Notes: a model not told the origin generated them from the letters alone. A DNA stretch of 64,000 nucleotides from the human T2T-CHM13v2.0 reference genome, Homo sapiens (GCF_009914755.1 NC_060926.1), one strand, 5' to 3'; counted from the first letter of the stretch, positions 1-13,490 are shown. Program-made: numbers and translations.

Positions 1-1262
1 GTTGCCAGGTAAGTTGAACAGTCCGATTTTCAGTGGGGTCCTGCACAGATGGGAAGCAGCTTAGGAGGAATCCTGGGCTGCGGGCATTCCTTGGTCTGGT
101 GGCCAGATTTCTGGCACTTGTAGCAAGCTCCTGGGGGAGGCGGGCCTGGAGGAACGCCTGGCCACTGCAGTTTAGGCATTTGGGAGTTCTTGTGTGCTGG
201 AGATGTGGCTGGCTGGGGTTTGTCTCACAGTGGAGGCAAAGAATTGCAACTCAGAAATATGTTGCTACTTGGCTTCCTCTACTCTATTATTGTACACCTT
301 GAAGGCAAGGTTAATTAAGTCCTGTTTTGGGGTTTGAGGGCCGGAATTTAATGTTTGGAGCTTTATTTAATGTCGGGAGCAGATTGGGTAATAAAATAAA
401 ATGTATATTGAGAGTAAGACGGCCTTTTGACCTTTCAGGGTCTAGGGCTGTAAAGCATCTCAGGGTTGCTGCTAAGGGGCCATGAAATGGGCTGGGTTTT
501 TTATATTTGATGAAAAAGAGCCTAAACACTAACTGATTTGGGAGAGGTCAGATAAAGAAAAAGGAGCATTAACCTTGACTATGCCTTTAGCTCCAGCCAC
601 CTTTTTAAGAGGAAATTGCTGGGCAGGTGGGGGAGGGCTAGTCGGGGAAAGAAACTGTAAGCCAGACCAGGTGTGAGGAGGGGAGGTGATAAAAGGATTA
701 TAGGGTGGAGGAGTGGAGGCTGAGGAAGAATTGGGACCTAGCCTGGCCTGGCTAGGAGGAGAGAGGTCAGATGGGTCTGTAGAAAAGGAAGATTAGAAAG
801 ACTCAGCGATGCTTGGGGTTGGGACTGAGGGGACAGGCAGGAAGGAAAGAAGGAAGATTTGGGATGAGTTGCATTGGGAACAGAGACTAGGGAGGGACTG
901 ATATGTAAAAGAATGCCTGGATGTCAGGCTCCTCAGACCATTTGCCCATTTTACAACAAGAATTATTTAGATCTTGTAGGATGGAAAACATGAAAGTGCC
1001 ATTTTCTGGCTATTTAGAGCCATTGTCAAATTTGTATTGGGGCTAAGCGGTGTTGCAGAAGAAAATAAGATGCTTAGATTTTAGGTCAGGCGAGAGTTGA
1101 AGAGGTTTTAAGTTCTTATGAACACAGGCTAAGGGAGAAGAAGGAGGAATGGAGGGTGGAAGGTTGCCCATAATGAAGGAGGCAAGTTTAAAGAAAAGGG
1201 AGAGTAGAGACATGAAGGGAAGGGTTCAGGGGTTCTTACCCTCCAGAAAAGTGGGAAAGGGG

Positions 1263-1374
1263 TCGGGGTATGGAAATAAGGGGTTGGGGTGCAGAAATAA
1301 GAGGTCAGGGCATGAAAATAAGGGATCAGGGTGCAGAGATCAGGGGTTGGGGCATGGAAATAAGGGATCAGGGG
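1263..1374. repeat. 21-bp G-rich tandem repeat (5 units plus partial) in HERV-H leader
   Basis: Units TCGGGGTATGGAAATAAGGGG / TTGGGGTGCAGAAATAAGAGG / TCAGGGCATGAAAATAAGGGA / TCAGGGTGCAGAGATCAGGGG / TTGGGGCATGGAAATAAGGGA read directly. Confidence 0.85.
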
Positions 1375-1775
1375 TTCTTGCCACCCAGAAAAGCAGAGAA
1401 GGGGTAGAGACACGGAGTGAAGGGGTTGGAGTTCTTGGCCCTCTGCCAGAAAAGCGGGACTTGGCGCTAAGGGTGAAGGACCAAGGCAGACATCCCTGCG
1501 TGGTCAGACACCTCTGAAACGTGGGTGAATAATCAGAAAAGCATCCCTGCAATGATTAAACACCAAGGGAAGTCTGCCTTCCCAAGTCCGTGATGGACAC
1601 CGGAGTTTTGGGTCCATGGATAATCCACAGATAAAACGTGTCTCCTTTGTCTCTACCAGAAAATGAAAGGAATTGAAATTAAGAGAAGGGAGAGATTGAA
1701 GGGTGACGCCAAGATTGAAGGAGAAAGTGGTTGAGGGATAGTGAGAGAGGTTGGAGAAGAGAGTAAGAGGAGGCC

Positions 1776-1784
1776 ACTTACCTG
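1776..1784 (-). promoter_or_regulatory. HERV-H major splice donor (CAG|GTAAGT)
   Basis: + strand ACTTACCTG = minus CAGGTAAGT, ~125 nt downstream of the PBS, in the AAATTTTAAATC context of the HERV-H leader donor. Confidence 0.75.
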
Positions 1785-1907
1785 ATTTAAAATTGGTGAG
1801 ATGTTCCTTGGGCTGGTGGGTCTGAGGACCTGAGGTCGTAGGTGGATCTTTTTCATGGAGCAAAGAGCAGGAGGACAGGGGATTGATCTCCCAAGGGAGG
1901 TCCCCCG

Positions 1908-1925
1908 ATCTGAGTCACGGCACCA
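1908..1925 (-). other. Primer binding site, tRNA-His
   Basis: Minus strand TGGTGCCGTGACTCAGAT; 17/18 complementary to tRNA-His 3' end (single CpG-type change). Confidence 0.92.
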
Positions 1926-1927
1926 AA

Positions 1928-2339
1928 TTTTATGCGCGTCTGTGTGAAGAGACCACCAAACAGGATTTGTGTGAGCAATAAAGCTGTTTATTTCACCTGG
2001 GTGCAGGGGGGCTGAGTCTGAAAAGAGTCAGCAAAGGGAGATAGGGGTGGGGCCGTTTTATAAGATTTGGGTAGGTAAAGGAAAATTACAGTCAAAGGGG
2101 GATTTTTCTTTGGTGGGCAGGAGTGGGGGTCACAAGGTGCTCAGTAGGGGAGCTTTTGAGCCAGGGTGAGGCAGGAGAAGGAATTTCGCAAGATAATGTC
2201 ATCAGTTAAGGCAGGAACAGGCCATTTTCATTTCTTTTGCGGTGGAATGTCATCAGTTAAGGCAGGAACCGGCCATCTGGATGTGTATGTGCAGGTCACA
2301 GGGGATATGATGGCTTAGCTTGGGCTCAGAGGCCTGATA
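1928..2339 (-). mobile_element. LTR7 (HERV-H 5' LTR)
   Basis: Minus strand begins TATCAGGCCTCTGAGCCCAAGCTAAGCCATCATATCCCC (TG terminus mutated to TA), two CCTGCCTTAACTGATGACATT repeats, TATA (2057-2062), GT box (2044-2052), ends GGTGGTCTCTTCACACAGACGCGCATAAAA next to PBS. Confidence 0.95.
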
Positions 2340-5300
2340 CATAGTTTAGGTAATCATTCATAAATTTTAAGAAAAGAGGCAGAAGTAACATGGCATGATA
2401 GAAATCAGAGCACTGTTTGCCTCTGGAGTGCGGAAAATTGACCCTAAAGGAACGTAAGGAAATTTTCTGAGGTTGGTGAAAATGTTCTCTGAGGAGTGGG
2501 CTTAAGAGGTGTGTTCCTTAGTCAAAACACACCCAAGTGAACTCATAATTTACGCATTTACCTTAATTATTTAAAAACAGAAAATAGTATTTACTTCTTA
2601 GAAAAGTGTTTCTGGATTTGGTTAGGTTAAAAGAGAGAAGTAATGCATTTCGTTATGAAGCTTGTGTTACTCTTTTAAAATATCTAATATTTTTAATTTT
2701 AAAAACTAAGAAATATATGAAGTGTAATAGTAAAGTAAATTAAGTAAAAAGAATAAATTTTCCATGGTAGATATGGCGAGCTTTTAAATAAGCTTTTAAC
2801 AGAAGTGATTGATTTTAAAATTATATTGTCTTGCCGTTTTGCTTTCATGAGTACTGGCCATTACCCTGGCTTACCCTAGTTTCTCTACTTAAAGGAATAC
2901 TAAAATGTGTTACAGATAGAATGCAAAAAGAAGCAATTTTTTTTTTTACATTCAAATTGGATTGTGCACGAAACAATAGCTTTGAAAGTCTGGCTATTAA
3001 GAATGGGTTTTCCAAATTCTTCGTTCTCCTTTACCATATCAATAAATGTACTTTAGAGGACTCCAGTAATTCAGGTTTCCTGTGGCAGTAGAGGTATCAG
3101 TATTCACCTGTATCAGCTAAACAAAAATAATAAAGGAGTGGAAGCAAAGTCATTTGGTTTGCCAGCTTGAAGGTATTGGGGGAAAGGAAGACAGACAAGT
3201 ATTCTATGTGAGTCCTGATTTCTCACTTTTTGGAAAAGAGGATGATGCGTTAGATAAATAAAATAACTTTTGGGGGCAAAAAGAAGAGTCATTGGCCCTG
3301 CTGTCCATTTAGGACCTGAAAAGAGATCCCTCCCTTTGCAACAAAGAGAAGTCTGCAGTTTGGTTAACAGCAATTTTATAGCACAGCATGATAAGGCAAA
3401 GGAAGGCTGTGAAGTTTAACTCTCTGAGCTGCCTATGATTCTTTTGTAGCATAGAGATTGTAGCTCTTGATAAAGAGAATCAGAAAGGGTCAGCAGCAAA
3501 GTACCAAGGGGAGACTAACTTAGCAGGTGAAGGGAAAAGTATCCAAATAATTAAGGACTTTTATCCCAATGAGAGACTGTTTGAGAAAAGAACCATTATT
3601 AAATTATTATGTTAAAGGACTGCATGACCCAACATTGTTATTCTCCTTGTTAACTAGTGGATGGATGCAGGTGCAGAAAGAAGACCAAATAAGTTATAAA
3701 AAAAATTGATCCTAATCACAGTCTTCCAAACATTGATGTCTTAGTGAAGATAAATTTTGCACACCTAATACCCCCATTTAGCCTCATTTTCCACTGTTTG
3801 ATATTTAAAATATGTAATCTTTTTTTTTTAACATTGTAGTTTCTTTATATTTCTTTTGCTCTTTATTCCTTTCTTCTCTGGTAATCTGACTTTGTTCATT
3901 TACTCCTCTCTAGAGTCTCCTAACATATTATTAAGAATAAAAGAGGCTAAGATAATGTTTTCAGTATTGGCAAAGAAAGAACTTAAAAGTAATAACTTAC
4001 ATGTGATTTTATTTTCTCTTTTATATACTATTTGTGGATTAAAATCGCAATAACATTTCACAGTTTAACTATAATATTAAAATATTTTTAAACTCGTCTG
4101 CTTGTCTCTTAATAGTAGAGGGACAGAGTGAGCAAAATATAGAGGCCCAAACAGATAGAGAGACACTTTCGAAAGTATTTTATCTATCTTATTGCCAAAC
4201 GCTGGACTCCCAAGACATCACCCAAACAATCTGTTGATGAATAGGTTATTGTTCTGTAATACTGTGTAAGGATCATCTCAGAGAAGAAAGGGCAATGTTG
4301 GGATATGTACTGAGATTTTGAAGTCTGATTTAAGGTGGTTCAAATATAGGGGGATTGATCAGAATTAGGTGGTAATAATTATTTAGTAATTTAGGACTGA
4401 TGGCAGAATAAGGTGAGAATTTTGAGGTGAGAGAATTAAAGCATCTGTTAAAGTAAACTGTCATTTTAATGGTTTATGTTAAAGAGTAAAGTCTCATGAA
4501 GTTACTAGAATTAACAATAAAGTTATATTTGCAACCTTTTATCTTCCTAGTTAAGATTATCTTGAAAGAGTGAAGTTTTTTTTTAAATAAAAACAATGTA
4601 CTGGTCTATTAATATAGATAACAAGCTATATAGATAATTTTGATTCTCACTATGAGAATTAGCAAAATCTGACATATCTGTAAACAATATGATATATGAT
4701 AAACCTTAAATAAGTTGTAATCAAATATTTAAAGTGTAGTCATATAGATGATATTACTGTTTAAAACTTTCAAATAAGGAAGTTGGCTAAAGGTATGGAA
4801 ATTAGAAAGTGGAGAATATCAGTTAACAAAGTAGAATATCCTTTAGAATTATTGAAAATATCATGATATTTCTCATGAGGTAAGAGTTCCCCCCAACAAC
4901 TGTTAATAGCATCCAATCAGAATCTTTATGATTGTACTTCATCTTAGACTAACTCATATTGTAGTAACAAATAGTCACTACACATCTGTGTTGCTTGCAA
5001 CAGAAAATATGTGTTCCCCTCCTTGTACCTCACCTAGCAGTCCCTTGAGTAGCATGCTGATTGAGCAATATACCTATCATGGATGAACTGCCATTCTGTT
5101 CCATATTATTTTTATTCTTTGACCTGGCAAATGGAGAAACCTCCTTCTGGGGCATTGCTTTTCCAATACAAAAAAAAAAAAAAAAAAAAAACTCTGAAAG
5201 CTCCTGTTTTGAAGTGACACATGGTATTACCAATCAGAATTCACTGGCCAAAGGAATTCACTGGTAAAGCTTGAGATCAATGTGTGTGAGAAAGGATAAA

Positions 5301-7095
5301 GCTGAAGATGAGAGGATGGATATTCTTCCCATAGGAAAGACAGTAAACGTTTTTAAAATATTGCAGATTTCCACAATGACCAACTATTAGATGCTACTAT
5401 ATAGGGTAGAATTAGAAGATGTCTAATGTATCATCCATCATTATTGCTTTAAAGAAGCTTGATTTCTTCATATATGAAATGGTAATAAATTACCATATTA
5501 TTTTATATTTCTGAGGATTAAATAAAATCTTGTAAATGTAGTTGTTGACACTAGCTTATGATTTCCTAGAATGATAGAGCTAAATAATTGAAAGTTTATT
5601 ATACTCATAGATAAGCATGACATTGAAGTAGCATTTTGTTTTGAAATTTATAGTTATAATTTTACCACACATTTATTATGGTTTTAATATAGTTTCTCTA
5701 TCAAAACATTCAAAACATAAGATGATAAAATATTTAACAATAATGGAAGACATGAGTTTATTAAAATGATCTAAACATCTATTAGAACATCTAATAAAAT
5801 CTCAAAAGTTTTGAGTTTGTGTACTATCCCTCAGAATTTTAGTTTGAAATGGGTCAGTATTATCATTCATGTTAAATATGAACAAATAAAAATATAAGCA
5901 GTTTAAATATCTGAAAACCATATGTCATGCCAAAGATCAAGTCCTTGGAGTCTCAAAGCAGTTTTATGCAGTGAATTTAATTTTTAGTTTTAAAATTTGG
6001 ATTTAATTGAATTGGCTTAAGAACAACCACATTCATCATTAGATGAAAGATGCAGTACCCAAAAGCAATTGGTAGATTTTTGAAATGTAACACCATTTGA
6101 CTACTGGCTGGATATTTTTGCCTCAGATTTTTTGTTGTTTCCCGTTTCCATGTCCTGTGGCATTTTAAATTTGGAGAGAAATGTAGATAAATTTATATAA
6201 AAATTTTAAAAGAAACCTATATTGGGTAAATACATATGTTTGTAAGATATTTCTAGGGAGGGCATTTAGCTACATTAATTGTCATAATCCAACTTAAATT
6301 ATAAAGTTAAAATTATAAACTTAACAAAAAATAAAAAAAGTATTTATATATGTCAAAAATGTAAAGATAATGGAAGTTTCTATGTGAATAAACTGGATGC
6401 AAATCACTCCAATTGACACGAGAAAAATGAAACATTTCAATAGTATTGGAAATTTTATTGTCATTTCAGAAGAGAGTCAAGAGGCATGCTTTACTTACCT
6501 GAGTGTTTGTTTCAATTTTCTACCTTTTTATGTTGACTACATAAAATATGCCAGAACAATGTGAAACAGTTTTTATTAATTTAAAAAAAGATGTTCTTTA
6601 AGTGTATCCATTGAAATCCAGTAACCAACCGAAGTATGTAGTCTTCTTTAAGTGAGTAATGATGAATTCTACTTTCCCAACACTCCCTAAGGTAAAACCC
6701 TAAATTTACTATTTTATAGCCCTTTACAAAATATTGAAAAGGAATAATATTAAATAAAAATATCTTAATTCATAGTTATTTTTCCATCAGACAGTCCTTG
6801 CAAATTTATTTTTAAGTCTAATCCTCAAGTTTATATATGACTAGAAATACGCAAACTCTAACACAAAAAAGCCACAAAACACCTCTACTTAGTCATAGAA
6901 ATTTAGCACTGGTATTTTTTCTTTTTTAACCAAGTGAATATAAATTCAACTTATGTTGACAAATTTATCAGCTTGGACTTTAAAAAAACAAAATCTTTTT
7001 AAAAGAACACGAATAACAAGAATGCCCAAATTGCAAATAGTTTGCTTACCTCCTCCTAACCACAGCCCCTAATCTCAGTTTCCCTACAAGTTCTA

Positions 7096-7097
<2 letters not shown>

Positions 7098-7128
<31 letters not shown>
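7098..7128. repeat. (TG)n microsatellite
   Basis: About 15 uninterrupted TG units. Confidence 0.95.
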
Positions 7129-7131
<3 letters not shown>

Positions 7132-8194
7132 ATCCCCAGAAACCAATCATTTTAGTCGTTTTTAATAACCAGTCCAGTATTTTTTTTTCTCTTTCTGGCT
7201 GTCACATGTTAATATCCCCTGTTCCTGAGTCTTCTTCAAGAAACTTGTAACCACTACAGACTTTCAAAAGTCACCATCATGAGAAAGTAAAGGCCATTCA
7301 AAAATTACAATCCAAATGTTCATACAGCCTTCTGGGTGTCATTAAAGAACTAGAGTATATAAAGAGCCAGGCAAGCTAGTCACTTCCCTTACTACAGGAA
7401 CATATTATCACCCAGGCACCTTCTTATTACTAGCTTCTCACAAGATGTCACTGGGCTTCCAGACCTTGATTCTTCAGAAGTAAAAAAATTGGATGAAGAA
7501 CCAATGCTGAAGTGTCGACTCTATTAACCTCCTTGCTCTTCAGTTTTGATCCATCTATCTCAAGTGTACTCTAATTTATTGAAATAAGACTTGCCGGTCT
7601 TCATACTGTGTGCCTCATACTTGTGTGTGTTCATGTGTTCATGTGCCTGAATACATGCATGCATGTGCTTTTGTGTGGTATTGGTGATAATTTTGGTTTT
7701 GTTTTCTTCATCACTAAAGCAGTAATTTATATAACCATGCAGTGTTCTGAAATATTTCTATTTCTGTTTGCTTTGTTTTTGTATACCTAGAAAACCTAAT
7801 GATTGTTTTTCCAAGGCATCAGTTTCTCCAAATTAAAAAAATTTTCAATCGCTAATAAAGTAGAGAACTGTTAGATACATTAAACTTTTTTTCTCTCTAT
7901 ATCACTCTGCCAACTCCAATGCCAAAGGTCTCTGACCAAGGTTTGGCCAAAGGTCGAGGGATGTGTGCTCATTTCATCTTCAGTAATCTCTGGAAGAAGT
8001 GAATAATTGCTCTTAAGACTATAGCACTTAAAGGTTGGCTATAAAATATCCATATTTATTTTTAACATGTAAGTCAAGCAACCACAGTCTTTTTTTATCT
8101 TTCATAAGTTATGGATAAATACGGACTTTTCCTTTGGTTTGATAACATTTCTTTAGATGATATTTTCTATTATCCCACTTAATGTACTTTTCAA

Positions 8195-9200
8195 AAATAG
8201 ATATTATTTGGAGCAGTTTTATGTTCACGGCCAATGTGACAGGAGAGTTTCTATCTACTGTCTGTCCCCATCACCACACAGCCTCTTCCACTATCAACAT
8301 CCCATACAAGAGTGGTACATTTGTTCTAATCATTGAGCCTACATGTATGTCATTATCACCCAAGTCTATAGTTTACATTAGGGATATGTCTTGCTATTGT
8401 ACCTTCTTTTTGTTTTGACAAATGTATAATGGCATGTATCCACTATTACAGTGGCATGCAGAATTGTTTCACTGTCCTAAAAAATCTTCTGTGTTCTCAT
8501 CCCTCCCTCCCCACTAATGCTGACAGCCACTGATCTTTTTACTCTCTCCATAGTTTTAGTTTTTCCAGAATGTTTTATAGTTGAAATTAAACAATATGTA
8601 ACCCTTTTAGATTGGCTTGTTTTCACCTATAATTAATAATATGCATTCAAGTTTCCTCTATGCCTTTTCCATTGCTGAAAGTTCATTTCATTTTAGCACT
8701 GAAAAAAATGTTTAATTGCCTGGGTATACCAGTTTATTTATTCTTTCACCTACTAAAGGACATCTTGTCTTGATTCCTTCCAAGTTTTGATAATTATGAA
8801 TAAAGCTGCTGTAAATATCTGTGTGCAGGTTTTCTGTCTATACACATTTTCAACTCATTTGGATGAATATCAAGATATAATATTGCTGGATCAGGTGATA
8901 TGAGTATGTTTAGTTTTCAGAAAAATTCCAACTTCTAAAGTGGAAATTTTCACTTATAAAGAGGCTGTATTATTTTGCATTCCCACAAGCAATGACTGAG
9001 AGTTCCTGTTGCTTTTCATCTTTGTCAGAATTTGATGGTATCAATATTTTAGATTTTTGCCATTCTAATAGATGTGTAATGATATTTTTTATTTCAACAT
9101 GCAATTCCTTAATGACTAGATGTGGAGCATCTTTTAATATGCTTATTTGCTATCCATATATCTTCTTTGGTGAGGTGACTGCTCAGATCTTTTGCCAATA
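8195..9200 (-). mobile_element. Old L1 3' end (L1MC/L1MB-like)
   Basis: AGCAGTTTTATGTTCAC.., CCACTGATCTTTTTACT, AATAAAGCTGCTGTAAATATC, TTTTGCATTCCCAC.., CCATTCTAATAGATGTG motifs typical of antisense L1M 3'UTR/ORF2 end. Confidence 0.8.
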
Positions 9201-10302
9201 TCCTTTTCATAAATAGTCACACAACAAAGCTCAGCCAGCATTTATTATCAGGAGAAAAGTTGTTATCCCAGAGGTTTATACTAGCATGAATTTTATCACT
9301 TTATGACAAATATATTTATTGTGAATGAAAAAATGTCTTTTTAAAAGAAAATTTACAGCTATCTTGTTTTTGGCATATTAAAATAGGGCAATAAACTCTT
9401 TGGCGTGAACATGATAATTTATGAGGAGGCAAAGATCAAGCATCTTAAGTGATAAAAGATGAGTAGTTCTTATCTTTCCCAGATTACGTTCACAAAGGCA
9501 AATGTGAAGCAGAGTCAGTTTCACACTGAATTTCTTTAATAGATAAAATTTTTGATGCAGCATTAGAAAAAACAATAAAAGTTAAGTTTGGGAAAAAATA
9601 TAGATTCATGAAGACAATAAACTTATAAAGACTCAGTCAGTACTGCGGTTTTCCTATGGTGTGCAGAGATCACAGTTCAGTTTAATGCCAAAGCATAACC
9701 TTTTAAAATAATGCCCTAGCTTTATTAATGTCATTTCAGTAAATGCTTAAAAAAGGCAATAATTATCTGGGTTCTTTTCTGTAAGATAATAAACATAAAT
9801 GAGATAGTGCTGTTTGAATTGGGACAAAAAGAGAAAATGGTGAACAGAAGGGCCAAAAGTAGGGAAGGACTTCGTGGGAATTTCTAAGGTTATAATATGG
9901 AATCATATGGCACAATTTAGTTAATAGAACTTACTCAAAAGCTAAAATATTTATTTTATATGAAGTGTAGGTATAAGCTACTTTTTTCCCCAAATGCTTA
10001 GCTCTATCAAATTTCCAGCTAAATTACCAAATCATATATTTACCTTCAATATTTGATAGTTATCTTCATCTTTTCTATAATTTTTAAAAATTTGATATTT
10101 TAATGCACTCATATATGTCAAATATATATAGTATTTTATAATAAAATAGCTATGTACCTTAATATATAATGCCATAATATTCCATTTTAACTTTCTTCTT
10201 TGTAAGACTATGATTAGAGATAAATAAAATGCTATGTTGTGTTATTTTAAAAAATATTTTGGCTCTAGATATTTTACCTTATTTTCTTATTTTAACTATG
10301 AT

Positions 10303-10879
10303 TGTGAAGGAAATAAAAATATTTTTCCTCAAAATATACTTCATTGACATATTTTGAGATGACTGTTCAAGAGCCAGCAAACAGATAGCCCTGTAAAGCT
10401 GGTTTTTGTTGGGGAGATTTACAAATGTAGAAAATCTACATTGATGCAGCCAGGCCTTCCCTTGTTCAGATTTGGAAAAGATTCACTGAGATTCTGATAC
10501 CTCTAAAAGTCTAATAAAAATATTTATCATTCTTCTCTCTAAAAGTACTACCTGTGAGGTTTCACATTCATGACAAAACCACTTTTACTAGCCAAGCCTC
10601 CTCTTCTCTCTCGCCCATAACCTGTCTTGCCATTATAACCTGATTTTGGTCATGCTCTGAGCTCCTATTCTTTCTGTAACTTCAAGATAGCATATAAGCT
10701 TCCACACACCATGTGGGGGAACAGTAAGTCACTCTGTGATTCCTCCCCTTTATACATTAATAATTTTTATGCCTTTTCTCCAATAGATATGCCTTTTCTG
10801 CAATAAATATGGGTTCTGTGAGTTAATTTTTCAACAAAACTTAAAAAAGCAAAATAAAATGTTTCTCTTGGAATCTACA
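10303..10879 (+). mobile_element. ERV1 solo LTR (MER39/MER34-like)
   Basis: TG...CA termini; starts TGTGAAGGAAATAAAAATATTTTTCCTCAAAATATAC..GACATATTTTGAGATG, contains GCTACCTGTGAGGTTTCA-like and CTGTAACTTCAAGATAGCATATAAGC motifs, ends ..CTTGGAATCTACA. Confidence 0.7.
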
Positions 10880-11107
10880 GTTGGTCATGTAAAAATTTTT
10901 GTCAAAAGTAAAATTTTTTGTATAGGCATACTTCAGAGACATTCCTTTTTCACTTTCAGACCACCGGAATAAAACAAATATTGAAATAAATGAGTCACAG
11001 TAATTTTTTTGGTTTCTCGGTGATATAAAATTGTGTTTATACTATACTTTATTCTAAGTGTGTAATAACATTGTGTCTAAATAATGTACACACCTTAGAG
11101 AAAAAGG

Positions 11108-13490
11108 TTGTTGTTAGCTGTTTGTTATGAAGACTTGATTTTGTAATTGTCTTACAGTGTCAATGTTCTATGTAATTAAATTTATTTTTGTGGTGACCAG
11201 TAATGGTCTTTTGTTACCGTGCTCAACACTCCCTTAAGGACCTCTTGTAAGGCAGATCTGGTAGTAATAAATTCCCTTAGCATTTGCTTTTTTGAAATTT
11301 ATTTCTCCTTCCCTTTTGAAGCTTAGTTTTGCCAAAGATGAAATTCTTGTTTGGAATTTATTTTGTTTAAGATTGCTGAAAATAGCTCCCCAATCTCTTC
11401 TGGTTTGTAGGGTTCTGCTGAAAGGTCTGCTCTTAGCCTAATGGGGTTTCCTTTGTAGGTGACCTGCCCCTTCTCTTTTGCTGCCTTTAATAATTGTTCT
11501 TTCATGTTGACATTGGAGAATCTGATGACTATATGTCTTGGGGATGGTCATCTCATATAGTATCATAGAGGGCTTCTCTGTATTTCTGATATTTGAATGA
11601 AGATCTCTAGTGAGGTCGGGAAAAATTTTTTGAATAATATCCTCAACTATGTTTTCCAAGCTGCTTGCTTTCTTTCTCTCTCTTTCAGGGATGTCAATAA
11701 ATTGTAGATTTAGTCTCTTTACATAATCCCATATTTCTCAGAGGTCGTCTTCATTTGTAATTCTTTTTTCTTTATATTTATTGGACTGAGTTAATTTGAA
11801 TAACTGGTCTTTGAGCTCTGAGATTCTTTCCTCAGCTTAGTCTATTTCACTGTTAATACCTCTGACTGTATTTTATAATTCATGTAGTGAGTTTTTCATC
11901 TTCCTTAGTTCAGTTGGTTCTTTCTTAAAATAGCTATTTTGTCTCTCAGGCCTTGTATTGTTTTATTGAATTCCTTAGATTTCCTGGATTGTGTTTCAAC
12001 TTTCTCCTGAATCTTAATGATCTTCATTCCTATCCAGATTCTAATTTATATGTCTGTCATTTCAGCCTTTTCACCCTGTTTATGAACCATTGCTGGGGCA
12101 CTAGTGCAATTGTTTGGAGGTAAGACGACATCCCAGCTTTTTGAGTTGCCAGAGTTCTTACATTGATTCTTTCACTTATGTGGGCTGATGTTCTTTTAAT
12201 CTGTGAAGTTTCTATCACTTTGATGGTTTTTTAAAAAATATATTTTATATTATTTGATGACCTTAAGGGTTTGAGTGTGGTATAATGTGGGTTCAGCTGA
12301 CTCACTTCATTTCTGAAAGATTTCAGGGGTCAAAGGCTCAGTTCAGAACTTCTGGCCTGCCTGCTCTAATCCTGGGGAGCTGATACCTGGCCCACTGCTT
12401 TTTTCTATGGCCCCTCTAGGTTAAGCAGCTGCTCTGCTGGAGGGGCCTAGGTGTTCCAAATCTGCTGGCTACAACACTCTTACAGGAGGTCCTGGCCAAA
12501 GCACTGATGTGGTGGCAGTGGGGTCTGCACTTACACAAGGTGCAAGTAGTAGCAGTGGCACAGCAGAGTGCATGTGGGGCAGTGGGCCAGGGTGTCAGTG
12601 GAGGCAGAAGGGGGTGTCCATGCATGCATACTGGCAAAAGCAGCAGCACTGTGAGGTGTATGCATGTGTCAGTGTGGGTGGGGTATTGGTGTTCCTGCGG
12701 GGGCAGGTTGCTGATGGGGTTGGGGGGTCAGCAGGATGCACATGTGCTGATACAACAGTGGAGGGCTGCAGGCAAGTGCACACCAGCAAAGCGGTGGGGG
12801 GAGGCTGCAATTAGTGGGGCTGTGGGTGAGTATGTGCACTTGATGGGGGAATCATCTGCTGGAGTTCTCTGATGGTATGACATGGTCTGCCATCAAAGGA
12901 GCTATGGCAGCAGCTGCCAGAAAGCATCCTGTTTGGGCATCCAAAGCTACACTGGAAGTAGGCCTGGCCAGGCAAGGACCCAAGGAGAGTCTGGCAAACA
13001 AGGGGGCATTTATATCAGACTGCCTGCGTACTATGGGCAAGATAGCCCTGCTCTGTTCAGATGCAATAGTAAAGAAAGTCTAATGCCATCTAGAGGAGCG
13101 TGATGATCCCTGGGGAATGGGTGTTCCTGGCCATGCTCCCATGACAGCCATTCCTGTGCCAAATCCTCTGGGCTCTAAACAGGCTGCAGACCTTTCCCTG
13201 TGACCTCTCCAAAAATCACTCCCTGTCAGTTTAAGTGTCTATGGGTGTTGTGGGGCCTCCTCCAGCCAAGATTTCAGAGGTCACTGGCAAGGATTGGCCA
13301 CTCCTGGCCTATTTATCTCACTCCTTCTCAGCTTCCCCCATCTTCAGCCCAGAGTCTGCATCCTGCCTCTGTCCACTCTCAATGCCTTTCTTTCAAAGAT
13401 CTGTTCAGAGTGTGCCAGTCTTCTTGATGGTCTGGTCTCTTGGTAGGTGATGGACTTCCTGGCTGCATCTAGTCGGCTATCTCAGCTCCC
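11108..13490 (-). mobile_element. L1 5'UTR + ORF1 remnant (L1PB/L1PA15-16-like), lacking ORF2 and 3' end
   Basis: Minus strand starts GGGAGCTGAGATAGCCGACTAGATGCAGCCAGGAAG (old L1P 5' end); ORF track 11323-11505 encodes ORF1p-like KEQLLKAAKEKGQVTYKGNPIRLRADLSAE. Confidence 0.85.

Larger units (their letters stand above)
1..1907 (-). mobile_element. HERV-H internal region (5' leader and decayed gag), provirus continues beyond left edge
   Basis: Follows LTR7 and His PBS on minus strand; pyrimidine-rich HERV-H leader; minus-strand translation at 84-125 gives nucleocapsid zinc knuckle CYKCQKSGHQTKEC and at 18-56 a broken second knuckle LPICAGPH*KSDC. Confidence 0.93.

Noticed and set aside
1129-1863. 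HERV-H leader ORFs (94-122 aa)
   Set aside because: Arise from the purine/pyrimidine-skewed leader and in-frame 21-bp repeats; common to HERV-H copies, no evidence of function here.
4170-4650. Possible very old LTR on the minus strand
   Set aside because: Only vague resemblance; cannot fix termini, TSD or family without a search.
5170-5191. Isolated A22 run as orphan retroposition tail
   Set aside because: No recognisable element upstream and no TSD found.
12416-13450. Cluster of overlapping ORFs
   Set aside because: GC-rich L1 5'UTR; no coding signature.
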